Source of the DNA: Raillietiella orientalis
Lineage: Eukaryota
DNA length: 64,000 bases
Assembly (NCBI GenBank): GCA_036172245.1
Contig: JAYWIR010000026.1
Coordinates: 1,488,001 to 1,552,000, forward strand
Reading direction: 5' to 3'
This document shows positions 37,730 through 50,177 of the stretch, piece by piece; position 1 is the stretch's first letter, and every line of letters begins with the position of its first letter. The notes under the pieces are model-generated. The model was not told the origin of the DNA and did not search any database. It saw only the letters and a program-made list of their open reading frames with translations. The translations under genes were made by a program, and so were the position numbers.

Positions 37730-40700
37730 TCGCTGCAGCTTCCCCGGCTCGCAGGGGGAGCGGAGCCGCGCAGCAGCTTCTCGCAGGAAGAGGGAGGCTG
37801 CGGCGAGGGGAAAGGGCGGGAGGCAGGGAACAGGGAGCCCGCCCAGCGGGTATCGCTGAGGAAGGATGGAGGGGAGATCCGAAAGATGCGGATGGGCATG
37901 CTGCCGGCAGGATGGCTGCAGGGGTGGGAGAGGGGAGCGGCTGGCGGTCCTGTGGTCGCGCACAGGAGACGCATCCGGAAGGAGTGGTTTCTAACCCGAT
38001 CGGTGACGCTCGTTCCCTCTAGTGGTCCAAAGGTGGTGAGGGTGCGCAGAAGAGCACGAAAGTGAGAGGAAGGAAAGAAAGGGAGAATGGTAAGGAGAAG
38101 GGGGTCCTTTCAAAGAATCTCTGGACCTCGGGAATGGGTCCTTGCTATTTCCCCGGCGCCAAAGGAGGGGCGCAGCGTGGACGTGGACAGACGGCCTACT
38201 GCAGAGAGAGAATAACGGAGGAAGCATCGGCAGCGCCCTCGCTGGGAAGGGGGCGCACCAGAGGACCACTGCTCCTCGCGTCGGGAGCGCTAGCGGGACG
38301 ATAGGACATTGGCAGCGAGAGTGAGGCGGCTCCGGCGGCATTCATCAGTAGCAACCGTGCTGCTGAGCGCCCAGTCTTGGCCTTCCGGGGCCCCGGGAGG
38401 CGCCGAGAGCAAAGAGGAAGGAGGGGGGTGGGAGAAAGGGAAGAGGAAGAGCAGATGGTGTTGTCGGTGGTGGTGGTGGAGGAGGGAAAGAAGAGGTGGT
38501 GGCGGAAGAGGAGGAGGATGGGAGGAGGAGCATGCCATCCATCCAGCTGGAGGCATGCCAGCCTCAAGTCCTGCTCCCTCTGCTTCATCTCCTCTTCTCT
38601 TCCTCCTCCTTTTCCTCTCTTCTTTCCTCCTTCCTTCCTTCCTCCACCTACATCCCTTCGGCGCACGACAGCTCCGGGAGGCTTCTGACGCTGCGGCCGT
38701 TTCACAATTCCAGGAATGTCGAAATCGCGGATCGTTCGCAGGGATCCGCCCGTTCCGCGGCCGGGGCAAAGCTTTGTCGTGATACAACGGTCGGGGAGGC
38801 CGAAGGGAAGCGGCGGCCCCCTCCCGAGGTTCCCGGGACTCTGCGGCTTCCTTTCTTGACGCGTAAGCATCCGAGAGACGGGACGGTGGCCAACGACCCC
38901 CAGAGGCCATCCTCCTGGAACCTCTCGGCCCAGTGTCCGTCGTCGAGGGCGCCACTGAGCCTGCCCACGCCTCCCGGGCCAAACCGATGGCGGCGGCGGC
39001 TCCGGGATCGCACTCCCCCTCCCACATCACGCGCTCCGCCGGATCGAGCGCGCGCGCGCCCCGCCCGCGACTCCTTCCCTTTGGACGGACGCCCGCGGCT
39101 GCTCTTCGGAGGGCGAAGGGGCTCTCGAGAGATGGTGGACCCCCTGGAGCGCGCGCTCCGAGGATCCCCCCAGAGCTCTGCGCGAACCAAAAGCGCGCCG
39201 CCGCCGCCATGGCGAGCGCTGCCCGCTCCGGCGCCGCGGAGATTGCGCCAGCGCCCCGGGGGGAAGGAGGGAGACATAGCACACTGCCCCTCCGCCCTAG
39301 CGGCCGACGGGCGCGGCTGCTTTGCGCCCCCTCTTTCCCCCCAGGATAGAGGTGGTCTCCGGGCACCGGCTGGCTGGAGCGAGCAGCCGCCGCCTCTGCC
39401 CTGTGCGAGTTGGCCTCGGGGCCTTCCGCGCGCTTCGCGCAGCAACAGCCGGGGCGATTTCGTCAAGCCCGCGTGAGAGCGCGCAACCTTCACCAGGAGG
39501 GTCCAGGGCGAGGACAGCCTCGGGGAGCGGAAGGATTCCATTTCTCCGTTTCCCGGGAAACTCGGTTCGCCCTGGCTTCCCGGGAAGCAGAGAAAAGGTC
39601 AGGAAGGACGGTTCCTCCAACTCGGGGAGGGTCCCTGGCGGCGGGTTACAAGTTTCGGCGCAAGCAGCAGACACTGCCACGTCGTTTCCTCCTCCATGTT
39701 CCTCTCGACCCGCCATTGCGCGGCAGCGAGGGACGAGGAGCCGGGATTTCCCGTTCCTTCCCCTCCGGAGCGGAAACGAAGGAGGAGAGGAGTGGGGTGG
39801 ATGGGAGGCTGCTCCGATTCTTTTTCCTCATACGCTCCTTCTCGACGCACTCATACGGGGCTGCTGCGGCTGCTGCTGTTCTCTGTCCGGCACGGCTCTG
39901 CCACGAATCAGAACCCGGGAGAGTTTCTCGAGGGCTGCCCCTGCCTGCTCTCCAGTTTTCGCGACTCGGGAACGGAAATCGACGGCCCCAGGGACTGCGT
40001 GGGCGTATGGGAGCACTCATCTCTTGCAGGTCGTGAGCGCAAGAAGCAGGAAAATCTTGCGCCCGGAGGAAACGTGACCACGTCGGGCGTCCTTGAAGGA
40101 CGACTCTTATGATCACCGCTGCAACCGATTTCCTCAGGAGGGGTGGAAAGAACATGGCAGGTCTCGAAGGAACGTCGGCAAAGTTCTGGAACGTTCCTCG
40201 AAGCAAGTGGGGGTCGAGTTTGGACCCCGCCGGTGTTGTAGAGGGGGAAATTGTGCGGATCCCACGGGATGCCGGAAGGGGCTTGCAGTTTCCGGAGGTG
40301 GATGGTAAAGAGAGAGAATGGACATGGCTGTACAGAGGTGGCGGGTTGGAGGAGGAGGAGGAAAAGAAGCAGTGGTGGTGGAGGAGGTGGAAGGGATGTT
40401 CGGCAGGTTCGGGAGGCTGACCGAATCTTCCACCTTCCATCGTGTTGAAGGAAAGATCACTGCTTGAGGTCCCGCCGATGGGGGCAACGGGGATTCGCGG
40501 CGCATGATCACGGGTTCCCCCAGCGTGTCGAAGAGACCGCTAAACCGTAAGGATCTGCGGACCGCGGGGATAGATACACTAGTGCGCGCGTATAGTCCAG
40601 TGCATGGTGGCGCATGTACAGGCCCGAGGCGAGCTGCCCTCTGTGCTCGCTCTACGTATCTAGTGGATGTAGGGTCGGATTCTCCTTGCTCTGCGCATGC

Positions 40701-40749
40701 TCCCCGTCCTACTCGCAGGATTCCACGCGCTCTAAAGAGGTTCCCGCTG

Positions 40750-42350
40750 TACACCCTACGACATAACACCCGAGTCCAAACGCCCTGGAGCTCATCTTCT
40801 CAGGACACGAAAGGAGAGCTCTGGTCTCTGAGTGACCCAACCCTCCCTCCCTCCCTCCCGCAATATGATGAAGATAGCTGGAATTTATTCCAGGATGCAC
40901 CCTGGTACGGGGCACGGATGCTGTGGAAGGACAAGTCGACGGGTGGAAGTAGACCTTCCCGCCTGCATTCGGCTATAAGCCTTTTCGAGGACTTGGGAAG
41001 CGCTCTCTTCGCCGCGCAAGCCGTGCAGCAGGTCTCCAGGCGTATTTTTATTGAGACCAAGTGGCGACTGTGAGCAAGGATCCCAATTGCCCTACTCTCA
41101 GGACCTCAGGTACGCCTTTCCCCAGTTGGTTCCCCATCCTGACCGTCAGTGAGAGGATCGCTCTCATCCCTAAGACCAAGGCCCCAGGATGGTCGGCCTT
41201 AGATCCGTGACGCACTGACCTCAGTGTCGGCATTTCGCCGATGGCGGAAAGAAAAGCACAGTTCCATGAAGCGGCGAGGGAGAGAGAGCCCCGCTGGATT
41301 TCGTCACGGGAAGACGTCACCTTCGCCAAAGGGAGAAACCTACTAAGAGTGTGGTCCAGCTGGCAAACCTTCCCGTCGGAGCACACTACGCGAGCGGAAA
41401 TTGTCCTGGAAAAAGGGTGTTGGGGAGTCGGCAGTGATCCCGGGAGGGAACGAACCCACACGCAGCGCACGCAGGATCAGTCTGCGCCGCTCCGTCGGGA
41501 AGAACGGACTTGACTGGTCCAAATCCTCCGGTGATGCCACTTGGTGGCGTTGATGACGGTGATGCGAAATGCTCAGGAGATCCGCTTGCAAGAACGAGTC
41601 CTCCCCCCGAATGCAGTAGGGTGACGATTCTTACCAGGAGGAAAGTGCTGGGGAGTAGACTTCCCGCGACGCCTTCTGGGACCTACGCCTGGCATCTCTG
41701 TCTCCGCTTCCCAGTCCGTGGGCGTTCGAAGTGGACGCTTTAGATGTCTTGGATCGTGCAGAATCCGAAGAATCTCCCGCTTGATCGCTTCCTTGTCTCT
41801 CCCTTATTCCAGCCCGCTCGCGGCGTACCGCAAGACATCCCCAGCTTCTTTTGAGTATCTCCGTCAAAAAAGGACTGCGCTTCGGTTTCCAGATATCCTC
41901 CCAGGAATGAAACAGCCCCCTGCTTGACCGATACTCCTTCTGCGCGCGGTCTTTGGCTCTCCTGGTGTGCTCGTACCGTCCGAGAACCGTCCTCCAGCTG
42001 AGCGATTGACGACACGCTTCGGATTCTTGCTGAGAAGCCTCTGTCCGTTGTCACGGGGACTGGGCAGGCGTTTCCGCAGATCGTGCTGTGATTGAATGGT
42101 TGTTCCAAGCGACTGGGGACGCGATTCCATGGCATCCATGTTCATCCTGGTTTCCGTGAGATTCTGTGAAAGAGGTACCTCTCATTCCCTTCCTCCCTAT
42201 CGACTCTTCCGATCACCTGGTTTATCCAGATGCGTTCTTATGAAGATAGCGCTGCTAAGGTCAACTGCACGGCAGTAATCTTTGAATTCCTCCCTTGAAA
42301 GCCTGATGCTCTTAGCCTGAGATCAAGCAGGAGAGTGCTAGGTCCGGGCT
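40750..42350 (-). mobile_element. DIRS/Ngaro-like retrotransposon remnant B (RT to tyrosine recombinase)
   Basis: LLLDLRL (cf. rliLDLr.lN), YCRAVDLSSAIF (DL..Af), ERYLFHRI..MPW (Y.f..lPfG), QGAVSFLGGYLET (FLG..ld), RHGSKADHPG (YR SK.D), DLSFHSIRA (YR HxxR, ORF 40800..41060). Confidence 0.55.
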
Positions 42351-43119
42351 ATCTCTACTTTCCACCTTGCATGCCAACTTGGTTGCGTGAGGCCAAAAGA
42401 CTCGCGCAGTCAAGGGAGAAAGCTGCTGTCTACGCTCAGGAGCTTCATGGGCAGCAGCATAGGGAGTCACTCCAACGCTTACGAGTTTCCTTTTTTCTTT
42501 CTCTTTCTGGAATCGAAGCTGGAATGTTCTTTTCCTGGAATCCATTCGCCCTGCTTCTGCTCGAATCGGTTGAAATTTCAGCGCCGCACTGATCAAATCT
42601 CTTCCCGGACGCTTCTATTAGAAAGCGATAGAACGATAGAGTGTGCTGATAGCTACTCTTCCTCTACTTGAGTTGCAGCTTGTTCCAAGATTGTGCTCAA
42701 GAAATTCAGTTGTTACTGAGCAGAAGTTTATCAATCTTGACTTCGTCTAGTGGATGCTTCGGTTACATTGCCTTGGTGAGATTCATCATGTCGCCACGGG
42801 AGTCAGTGCCCTAGGAGGCCTCCCATTTTAATGATGCCTTCCCAGTTTTCATTCTTCTATAATCAAAGTGCTCCTCTGGGAGTTGCCACCGAAGGCAGAG
42901 TAGCGTTTCAGAGGGCGTCTGGACATAGATGAGGATCAGCAAAATTCTCTTCCAAATGCTAGAAGCTATTATGTCACAGAATATCCACGAGCTTCCTCCT
43001 CTGCCCTTCGCCTGGACTCATCATTCTAGGAAAAAGTGCCTGCTGCTACTCTGTTTAAGAGAAGAGGCGATTCATGTCTTTCAAACACAGAAGCGACGTT
43101 TCGAGCATCCTTTTCTGAT

Positions 43120-43880
43120 CACTCTGATCCAGAAAACTGCGAGTCTGCCGTCCTTTTCCTGTCAGGGTAAGTCGGGAGCTACAGGATGATCTTTACTCGG
43201 TTTTAAGGTGTCCGGGATGTGCTCCAGACCGCAGAGCAGGTGCAGGAGCAAACGCAGAAGAGGCTAGCCGAGGGAGTTCCATCTTTCCAAAGCTTTCATG
43301 GTACGAAATGAGAAAACTCGAGGGCGGTGCAAGGAAAGAAGAGTTGGTTTAGGTAGAGGACGCTGGTCGCAGTGGTGGCGGCGCTCTTCATGCCTCCCAA
43401 ATGAGGAAGATCTACATCCAGCAAGAACAAAATCATGGGTGCAAAGGAGATGCCAGTTACAAGTTTTTAGGCACCAACCACAATGTGGATTCGCCAACCA
43501 AGTGTGCTCGTTGCCTTCACTCATACGAAAGACGCACCAAACGTATGAGTCGACTGACCGGGGAAAGAGTTCAGCGGTGTTTCCTTATGATGTCACTGCT
43601 GACCAAAGCCAGTCTGATCCTCCCCACGCACAGTACGCTACGCATGTGACAGGATGAATGAATGGTAACTTGTCAACAAGAATGTTGGTTCCTCACGAAA
43701 GGGACCCCATCTAAGCTGAGATGGGATCCACACATGCACCCTCAGTGACTTTGGTGGGCGGGGAATTGCGAGGAGACGGGTTTTCCGATTCGATTCCATG
43801 GTGGGAAGCAGCAGATCTGTGAGAAAAGGTGAACCTCGAGGAGCGTTAGAATCAGATCACAGCGCAATCCGGTCCGGAAA
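43120..43880 (+). mobile_element. Polinton-type integrase remnant (INT-3)
   Basis: RRVGLGRGRWSQW (cf. Rr..v.g.d.qWqaD), YKFLGTNHNVDSPTKCA (Yky.l..iD..sK.a), STDRG-KEF after one frameshift near 43560 (TD.GkEF), CDRMN (ER.N), HSAI. Confidence 0.45.
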
Positions 43881-44914
43881 GCACGCAGCTGCTTGTCCGA
43901 CGCTGAAGCAAAGTCATGGCGAAATTGCAACTCATCTCCGCTGCCGAAGTGAACGTTGCTCTGATGGCAGGCTGATACCAGAAGAGAAGCGAGCTTTCTT
44001 GGTGCTGCGGAACAACACGGAATTGAGCAACCTCAGAATTAAGTGAAAGGAGTGCGGGAAATCCCGCGGAAATCTTCCCAAGAGACCCCTTGTTGAGCCT
44101 CTCGTCGCAAAAATCGTCTGCAGTCTTGCTGACTGCCAGGAGGGACTCGGAGCTGGTTTCCGGCCGACTTTCGAGCGCTGCCTTCGGAGGTGAAAGCGCT
44201 CTCACGTGTTTCGAGCGTCGCTGCAGAGGAAAGAAGCCCGAATGCCAGCCGCGTGAACGCATGGACCGAGGTTTGGTCAGCAGCATTCGAATTCAACCGA
44301 ATTTTCTCTCACCGCCAACCAGGGAGCGAAGCTAGCTGGGAGGCAGCTGCGGTTCGGGAAGCCTTCGGCTCATCATGTATCATCCTCTCAAAGGCGATAT
44401 CACATTTGCAGCAGCGAGCGGTCCCGAGTAAGAATTTCGGTGAGAGGACGGCGACTTCTCCTCTTCTCCTCTTGCTTGGATCCAGGAGTACCTTCATCTT
44501 GAACGCATTCCAGCACTCGGCCTACAAGAAGCTCTCAGACCGTGTCCTCCAAGAAAGTGCTGGATTTTTCTGGAGACGAAAAGGGAAAAGTTGCGGGAGC
44601 TGGAACGAACGGGCTCATGAAGAAGCCTTCACCAGGAGGGGGGAAAGAACAAAGAACCCGTTTCGTTTCGAGAGCTGAGCTTCATCCAGCGAGTGTTCTC
44701 ATTGATCCGTCCTTCCTGCCCGCCTCTGATTCCCCCAAAGTTCAGAAAAAGTGAGGAAATCCAGGAGGTGCTCAAAAGAAGACAAGAAAGAGTCCAGAGG
44801 AATGGTCTTTTTCGGCGACCGAACTGATGGCTCAAGACTCCTTCGGAAATACTCCGTTTCCAGTGTTCTTACAGGTGAAACGGATCTCCTCTGGTTCGCT
44901 TCTTTGTTGGGGAT

Positions 44915-45150
44915 CTCAATGCTTTGTCTCTGGAGTCATTGGGGTGCACAAGGGTGCCACAAGGACGCAAGGATGCTGCACGAGCACAAAGCACAGTTTG
45001 CTTTAGGCATCAAGAAGAGTCGAATGAAGGCGCACCTCTTTCCATGCATGCGCTTCCCTTCCTCGAAGGAGCAAGAATGGACCAACAGGATGTTCTTCGT
45101 CCGTTGCTCCAGCCGATCTTCTGTATACCCAAAACTCTGTCTAATAAGGA
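44915..45150 (+). pseudogene. Possible THAP zinc-finger remnant
   Basis: CLWSHWGAQGC...RFPSSKEQEW...PKLC resembles THAP C..GC...FP......W...lC spacing. The final HF is missing. Confidence 0.25.
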
Positions 45151-46499
45151 AGCTGCAAACAAGTTCCCTGCAAAAACCGCAGTGAAGGGGAAATGTGAGG
45201 GCAGGATTTGTACCCGGTCGCTCCAGGACGTTAATTTAAAGAATGAATTACAAGTCAGAGGGGAACAGCGTTGCCTGAATACAAGGGTACCAAAAAAAAA
45301 AAGTTCGTTGGGGATGACCACTGGAACGCAGGTCGGCTTCTAAAACAAGCAGGAGAGATAGGTAGGGGATCATAAATGAAAAAAGACGGAAGAGTAGGGA
45401 CAAGGGTACTTGGTTTTATTCGTTCCTTTCTTCCTAGAAGCGGTTGTGTATGGTGGCGACCTGGCAACCTCTCTGACGCTCCTTCTGGCAGATGAGGCCA
45501 CGTCACAGTCGTCCTCATGAAGGCGGAGGATCGCATGCCATGCTGGTGGCTCCCCTTTGCAGAGTACGAAAATCCACCACGTAGTGGACCGTCACCATAG
45601 TGCAGAGGCAGAGCATCGTTGCGATGAAGCTCCTGCCATGCAGTCCGTCTTGAGTGAAAAAGCGTCGCCGCAGCAACCGCAGTATCCCGAAGCGGAGGAG
45701 TCCTCCAGGTGGCGGGCCGCCGAGGCTGGTCTCCGCCACATGTCCTCAAGGGCGCTGCTGTTCGACAGGAGGTTCGGGAACGATTCGATCGCCCCACACC
45801 TCAAACAGATAGTCGAGTTGCCTGCCTCGGGGGCCTGGTGCCAGCGCTGGTTGCACCGGAATCCCCAGCGCAGAAGCAGCAGGACGTCCCGTGGTCTCCA
45901 GCGGAACGGGAACCCGGAAGTGTCCGCACGCACAGGGGAGGAGCTGCGAGTTCTTCGAGGGGGATGCATAGAGCAGGTTGCTCCACCGATGGAGTCTCTC
46001 CCTCGCCCGGGAACGAGTGGGAGCCGTCTGCCATCCAACCCACTCGTCTCTCAGCCATCCAGTTTCTCGACTCCTGCAGGAAAACTCCCACCTCGCCAAT
46101 TGACTCCTGATGTGAGGACACTTGTGCCACTGTTCTTCCAGTTTTGCGCTGCGTCTACAATTTGCCAGCTAGCGCAAGTTCACTTGGTCATCTCTCCGTT
46201 CCTGCGAGGCGCTGGCTTCATGACAGAGGACAACGGAAATCTTTTGTTCGTGTTGCAGGACGCACCTATTCTGCAAGTGTACGTTGTCCAAGAGCAGGAT
46301 CAGCCACTCGACTAACGCCTTCTTTTGCTGGCCTCTAGGGAGGCGGATGCTGGAGGTCTGATTTTTCTGAGAGCTGGAGAGCTCCGTGAGCGCTCGTATT
46401 TTCCAGTTACAACCGACGGCGCACTCAAGAAGGAACTCTGGATTTACGATATATACGTGCACTGGACTTGAGAAGCTGGTGCGACCCCTTCTGAGGTCA

Positions 46500-47650
46500 A
46501 TCGCTTTTTCATTGTCGGTTTGCAACGAGCCTCCGGAAAGCAAACAGCATCACATCCACTGATTCTCGGCTGAACGCGTTCGGGCTGGCAGATGCGGAGG
46601 GAAGAGCGCCTCTCACGTTCCGAGCGACGCACCTGGTCTGGAGAAATGCTGGAGGAGACCATGGCAACGTCCAGAGAGCATGCGATAGCCGGAGAGAAGG
46701 GCAAGTAGACGGGCTGGAAGGGGGCAGATCTGTCTCACCCATCCTGCTGCCAATGCAAGAGGACTTCCCTTCAGGACTGAAGACTGGTGTGGAACTTCTC
46801 GAGCGGGGATACTGATTCGATGTGGACACCATGTCAAGATAGACGACTCCGAAGGAGTCTTCTTGCAGCGCGGAAATCACGGAGTCATCCCCTTGCTCCA
46901 GAGGGTCAACGCTGCTGTCCAAGGAGCCACGAACCTGTGAACCCGGTCCACTTCCTCTCGGAGCGTAGAGTAAAGCAGTCTGACTCCAATAGGAGGTCTC
47001 GGGCTTAAAGCCTTCCAGCTCTCTCAACATCAAACGAATCCTCTGGTTTTGGGGGTTCCGAGATGCCACGCGCCGGTCGAAAGGCCTGCTGGCTTCTTCG
47101 AGCCCATAGCCACTCTGTAACAATTTGGCGAATCCCAGCTTCCGGAAACACGCCTCCTCCGCATCACTCCGGGCCGGAGCGGCTCGTTCCAATCCTCTTG
47201 TGCTTCATCTGGGGAGGCAAGAAGAACACGTCACGTTTCCCGCAAATACCCAGAACCCCCCCAAAAACAGTAAGAACAGGAACCTACTGAATTCGTCTCA
47301 TTCCTTCTTTCTATTCCTTGCAGTACATTCTCCATTCTGAGCATGGAGGATGGACTGGTCCCTTGGGATGCGGATGGATTCGAGCAGCACAACGAGAGAA
47401 GCTGCAGGGGCGGTGAGAGGCACAGACCTCGGAAGGACCTCCGTGTTCTTTCTGCTCTTTCCGTCTGTCTCGATGGCAGCGAAGCGCTCCACCTTCTCCT
47501 CAGGCTCAGGATACTCCAGGAAACAGAAGTGCCTTCTGAGGCAGGGGTTCGGGTAGGAAGGGGAAGAATGAGCAAGCAAACAAAGTTGGCAGTGTGCAAA
47601 ATTGCACCCGGATGCTGGAGAAGCATCTGCCATCGCCATCGGCAGCTGAA
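46500..47650 (-). mobile_element. Protein-primed family-B DNA polymerase (Polinton-like pPolB) remnant
   Basis: SSPSYPNPCLRRHF..EYP (motif A, SLYP), FRKLGFAKLLQSGYG (motif B, R..aKL..NS.YG), RLML, and LEQGDDSVI (motif C, Y.DTDSvi), in correct order (ORFs 47298..47681 and 46509..47192). Catalytic residues are altered. Confidence 0.45.
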
Positions 47651-50177
47651 GTGGGAAAGAGGGAAGAGGGGAGAACCTCATTTCTGTATCGCTTCCGCCT
47701 CGTCTTCCCTTCCCTCTCCCTTCTCGCGGGGCTGAGACCCGAGGGACCCTTCCTTGACCTCACCAGATCAAAGCGAGGGCGGTGCCTGAGGGGTACGTCC
47801 CCTCGCGTTTCAGCCGGGTCGAAGCCGCCGCTGGGGAGCTTCCCCGTCGGGATCTGAGTACTCGCTGGCCCTTCCCTATCCTTCGCCGCCTGCCTCCACC
47901 TTGCCCCGCTGAGAGCAGGCCGCATGCGCCCTTGGGTGACGCGGAAGAAAGCTCTGCAGACCACGCCCCGCGACACCTTCCTTCGACTCTGCGCCCGCAG
48001 GACATTTCTCGGGTCAGAAACGGTCGAGGATACATGAAGAAGGGGGGGCCGAAGAAGAATGCTCGGCCTGACCTCATCAGCCCTATCAAAGCCCTGGCAC
48101 GTGCTCCACTGCTTGCATGTTACCAGAGAGCCACAGGGCTTCGTAACCAACTAAAGATGCAGCAACTTATCAGCTTTTAAGCAACTGATACAGCTGATAT
48201 CCATGTCCCTCGAAGAAGAGTTGCAAAAATGATTGTAGATAAGAAGATAGGATGTCCACCAAACCACCGATGCCCTTAAGTAGTCCTCCAGTAAGTTACG
48301 TTCGTTGGTCCAGAGGTCAATTCGAGTGATTTTGTGCGGGGGGCTTTCTGGAGGGACAAAGAAGGGGGAAGGGAAAAACGAAAAAGAAAAAAAAAATACA
48401 CACTGAAGGATGCGATGCAGATGAGATGCAGGAAAGTGACGAAAAATTCCGAAGCGAGGGAGGTCGTTTCGCTTTTCCGGCGGTTGCCCTGTGCGACGGA
48501 GTGCGAGCGGAAGCAGCAGCAGCGTCTCGTCTCCACTTTTGATGCGACCGACTCTTCTCGTCTCTCTTCGGCTCTCTCTCCCTCCCCCCCCCCCCGCCCT
48601 CCGCATCTGCTCGCGCGCTCTTCCGAGCGCTCGGTGCGGGCACCGCGGAGCTTCATGGAGCCCATCATCGAGCACTGTGCCCTCCCCTGAGCTGGAGGAA
48701 CCCTGGATTTCCCAGAGTTCCGGATTCCTCCTGCGCTCAGCGCCAGCCAAGTGTGCGGCGGCTCTGCCACAATTCCTCCAGAACTTCTCTTCTTCCTCAG
48801 GTGACCACCTTTCCCTCCTCCTCCCTCTCCCTCGCGAAGATCGCACCCTGAGTCTCCTGGAGAGAACCGCCGGAGCGTCTACCCCGTCGAGAGATCGGCG
48901 CGCGCGCGGGGGCGGTCGGACTCGACTTCCGCAGCGCGCGCCGCAGCCTCGCTCTGTCTTTCTTTCGGGTGCCGTGGCTCATCCACACGTGGGCAGGGGG
49001 TGGCGGGGCTTCCTCCCTTCCCGTTCGCCCACCTTGCTTGTCCCTCCGGGACTCGCGGGAGAACTCCGTCCGTCTCCGAGAAACAGATGCAGCTGCGCGC
49101 TGACGTCAGCGGCGCATCAGCAGGACAGGGCGACACGCCCCCTCCTCCTCCTCCCAGATACTCATTTGCATCGAATGAATTAGCTCACGTTCTTTTATTC
49201 ATCGCGTTCAGTCGACTGCCTCTGGCGCTGCTCGTCCACTGCGAGGTCGCGGAGGGGAACAGAGTTTCGACAGACCTTGCGATACGCCCCAAATAAAGAT
49301 TTCCGGATCCCCGTCGGGGCCATTCTCGACCCTTTCGCGAGTGGTCGCGGACCTACCCTGGGCTAAGGGAGCACTCTCATCCAGCTTCTCAAGTTCCTCT
49401 TCCCCTCCAGCAGACGATCCGTCCCTGATCCCCTTCAGGGTTTCGCCACCTGGTTTTTCGGACGAGAGGGACGAGGTGGCCCCTACCCGGGATGCAGCGG
49501 CGAGCCTGAAGCTCCGTGCTTGTCTTCCTGGATAAGAAACGGCCGGTCCAGACTAGCGCGCCCTGGAACGGCGAGGCGAGAGAGGGCGATCTTCTTCTCT
49601 TTTCAGCGGCTCCGGAGGGGTCACTCGCTGAAGCGAACGCATCCTGCTGGCGCGCGCTTCGTCTTCCTCGCTCCTGAGCGAAATGCGCTTTCGATGACTG
49701 ACGGGATGTCGCCTCTGCAGCACTCAGTGATGGTGGCGCTCCGGCGACGCGAATCTTCGCGCAGGGCCCCTCGCGGAAGATCCACGGCGGCGACCAAGCA
49801 GGACGCTCTTCACCCACGATTTCTACGAAGAGCAGCCTCCGTCGCCACTCCGGCAATTGCCGGCAAAGTTCCCGCGTTGGCGGCCTCCGCGTGCGCGGTG
49901 CCAAGAGACGAGGGTTCGAATCCCGCCCGAGGACCGAGAAATAAAGGCAGCGGGTCGTGGGTTTCGAGTCCCCTCCCTCCCTCCGCTGAATGACGCTGGT
50001 TGACCTATCCGGATGCAACGGCACTGGTTAGCACCCGGTCGCGCCGGGGAGTTTATTTATAGAATAAACATCCACGTCTGTGGCAGGAGGTTCGATCCTG
50101 CCATGCTACTTACAACTATGAGAAGGAACCAGCCGGGAACTGGCAGGCATGCCAGCAGGGTTCGCCTTAGCAGCACA

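Noticed and set aside
36137..39541. Long ORFs (459, 358, 326 and 279 aa)
   Set aside because: Arg/Pro/Gly/Ala-rich low-complexity translations that overlap on both strands and run through homopolymers. This is expected from stop-codon scarcity at high GC.
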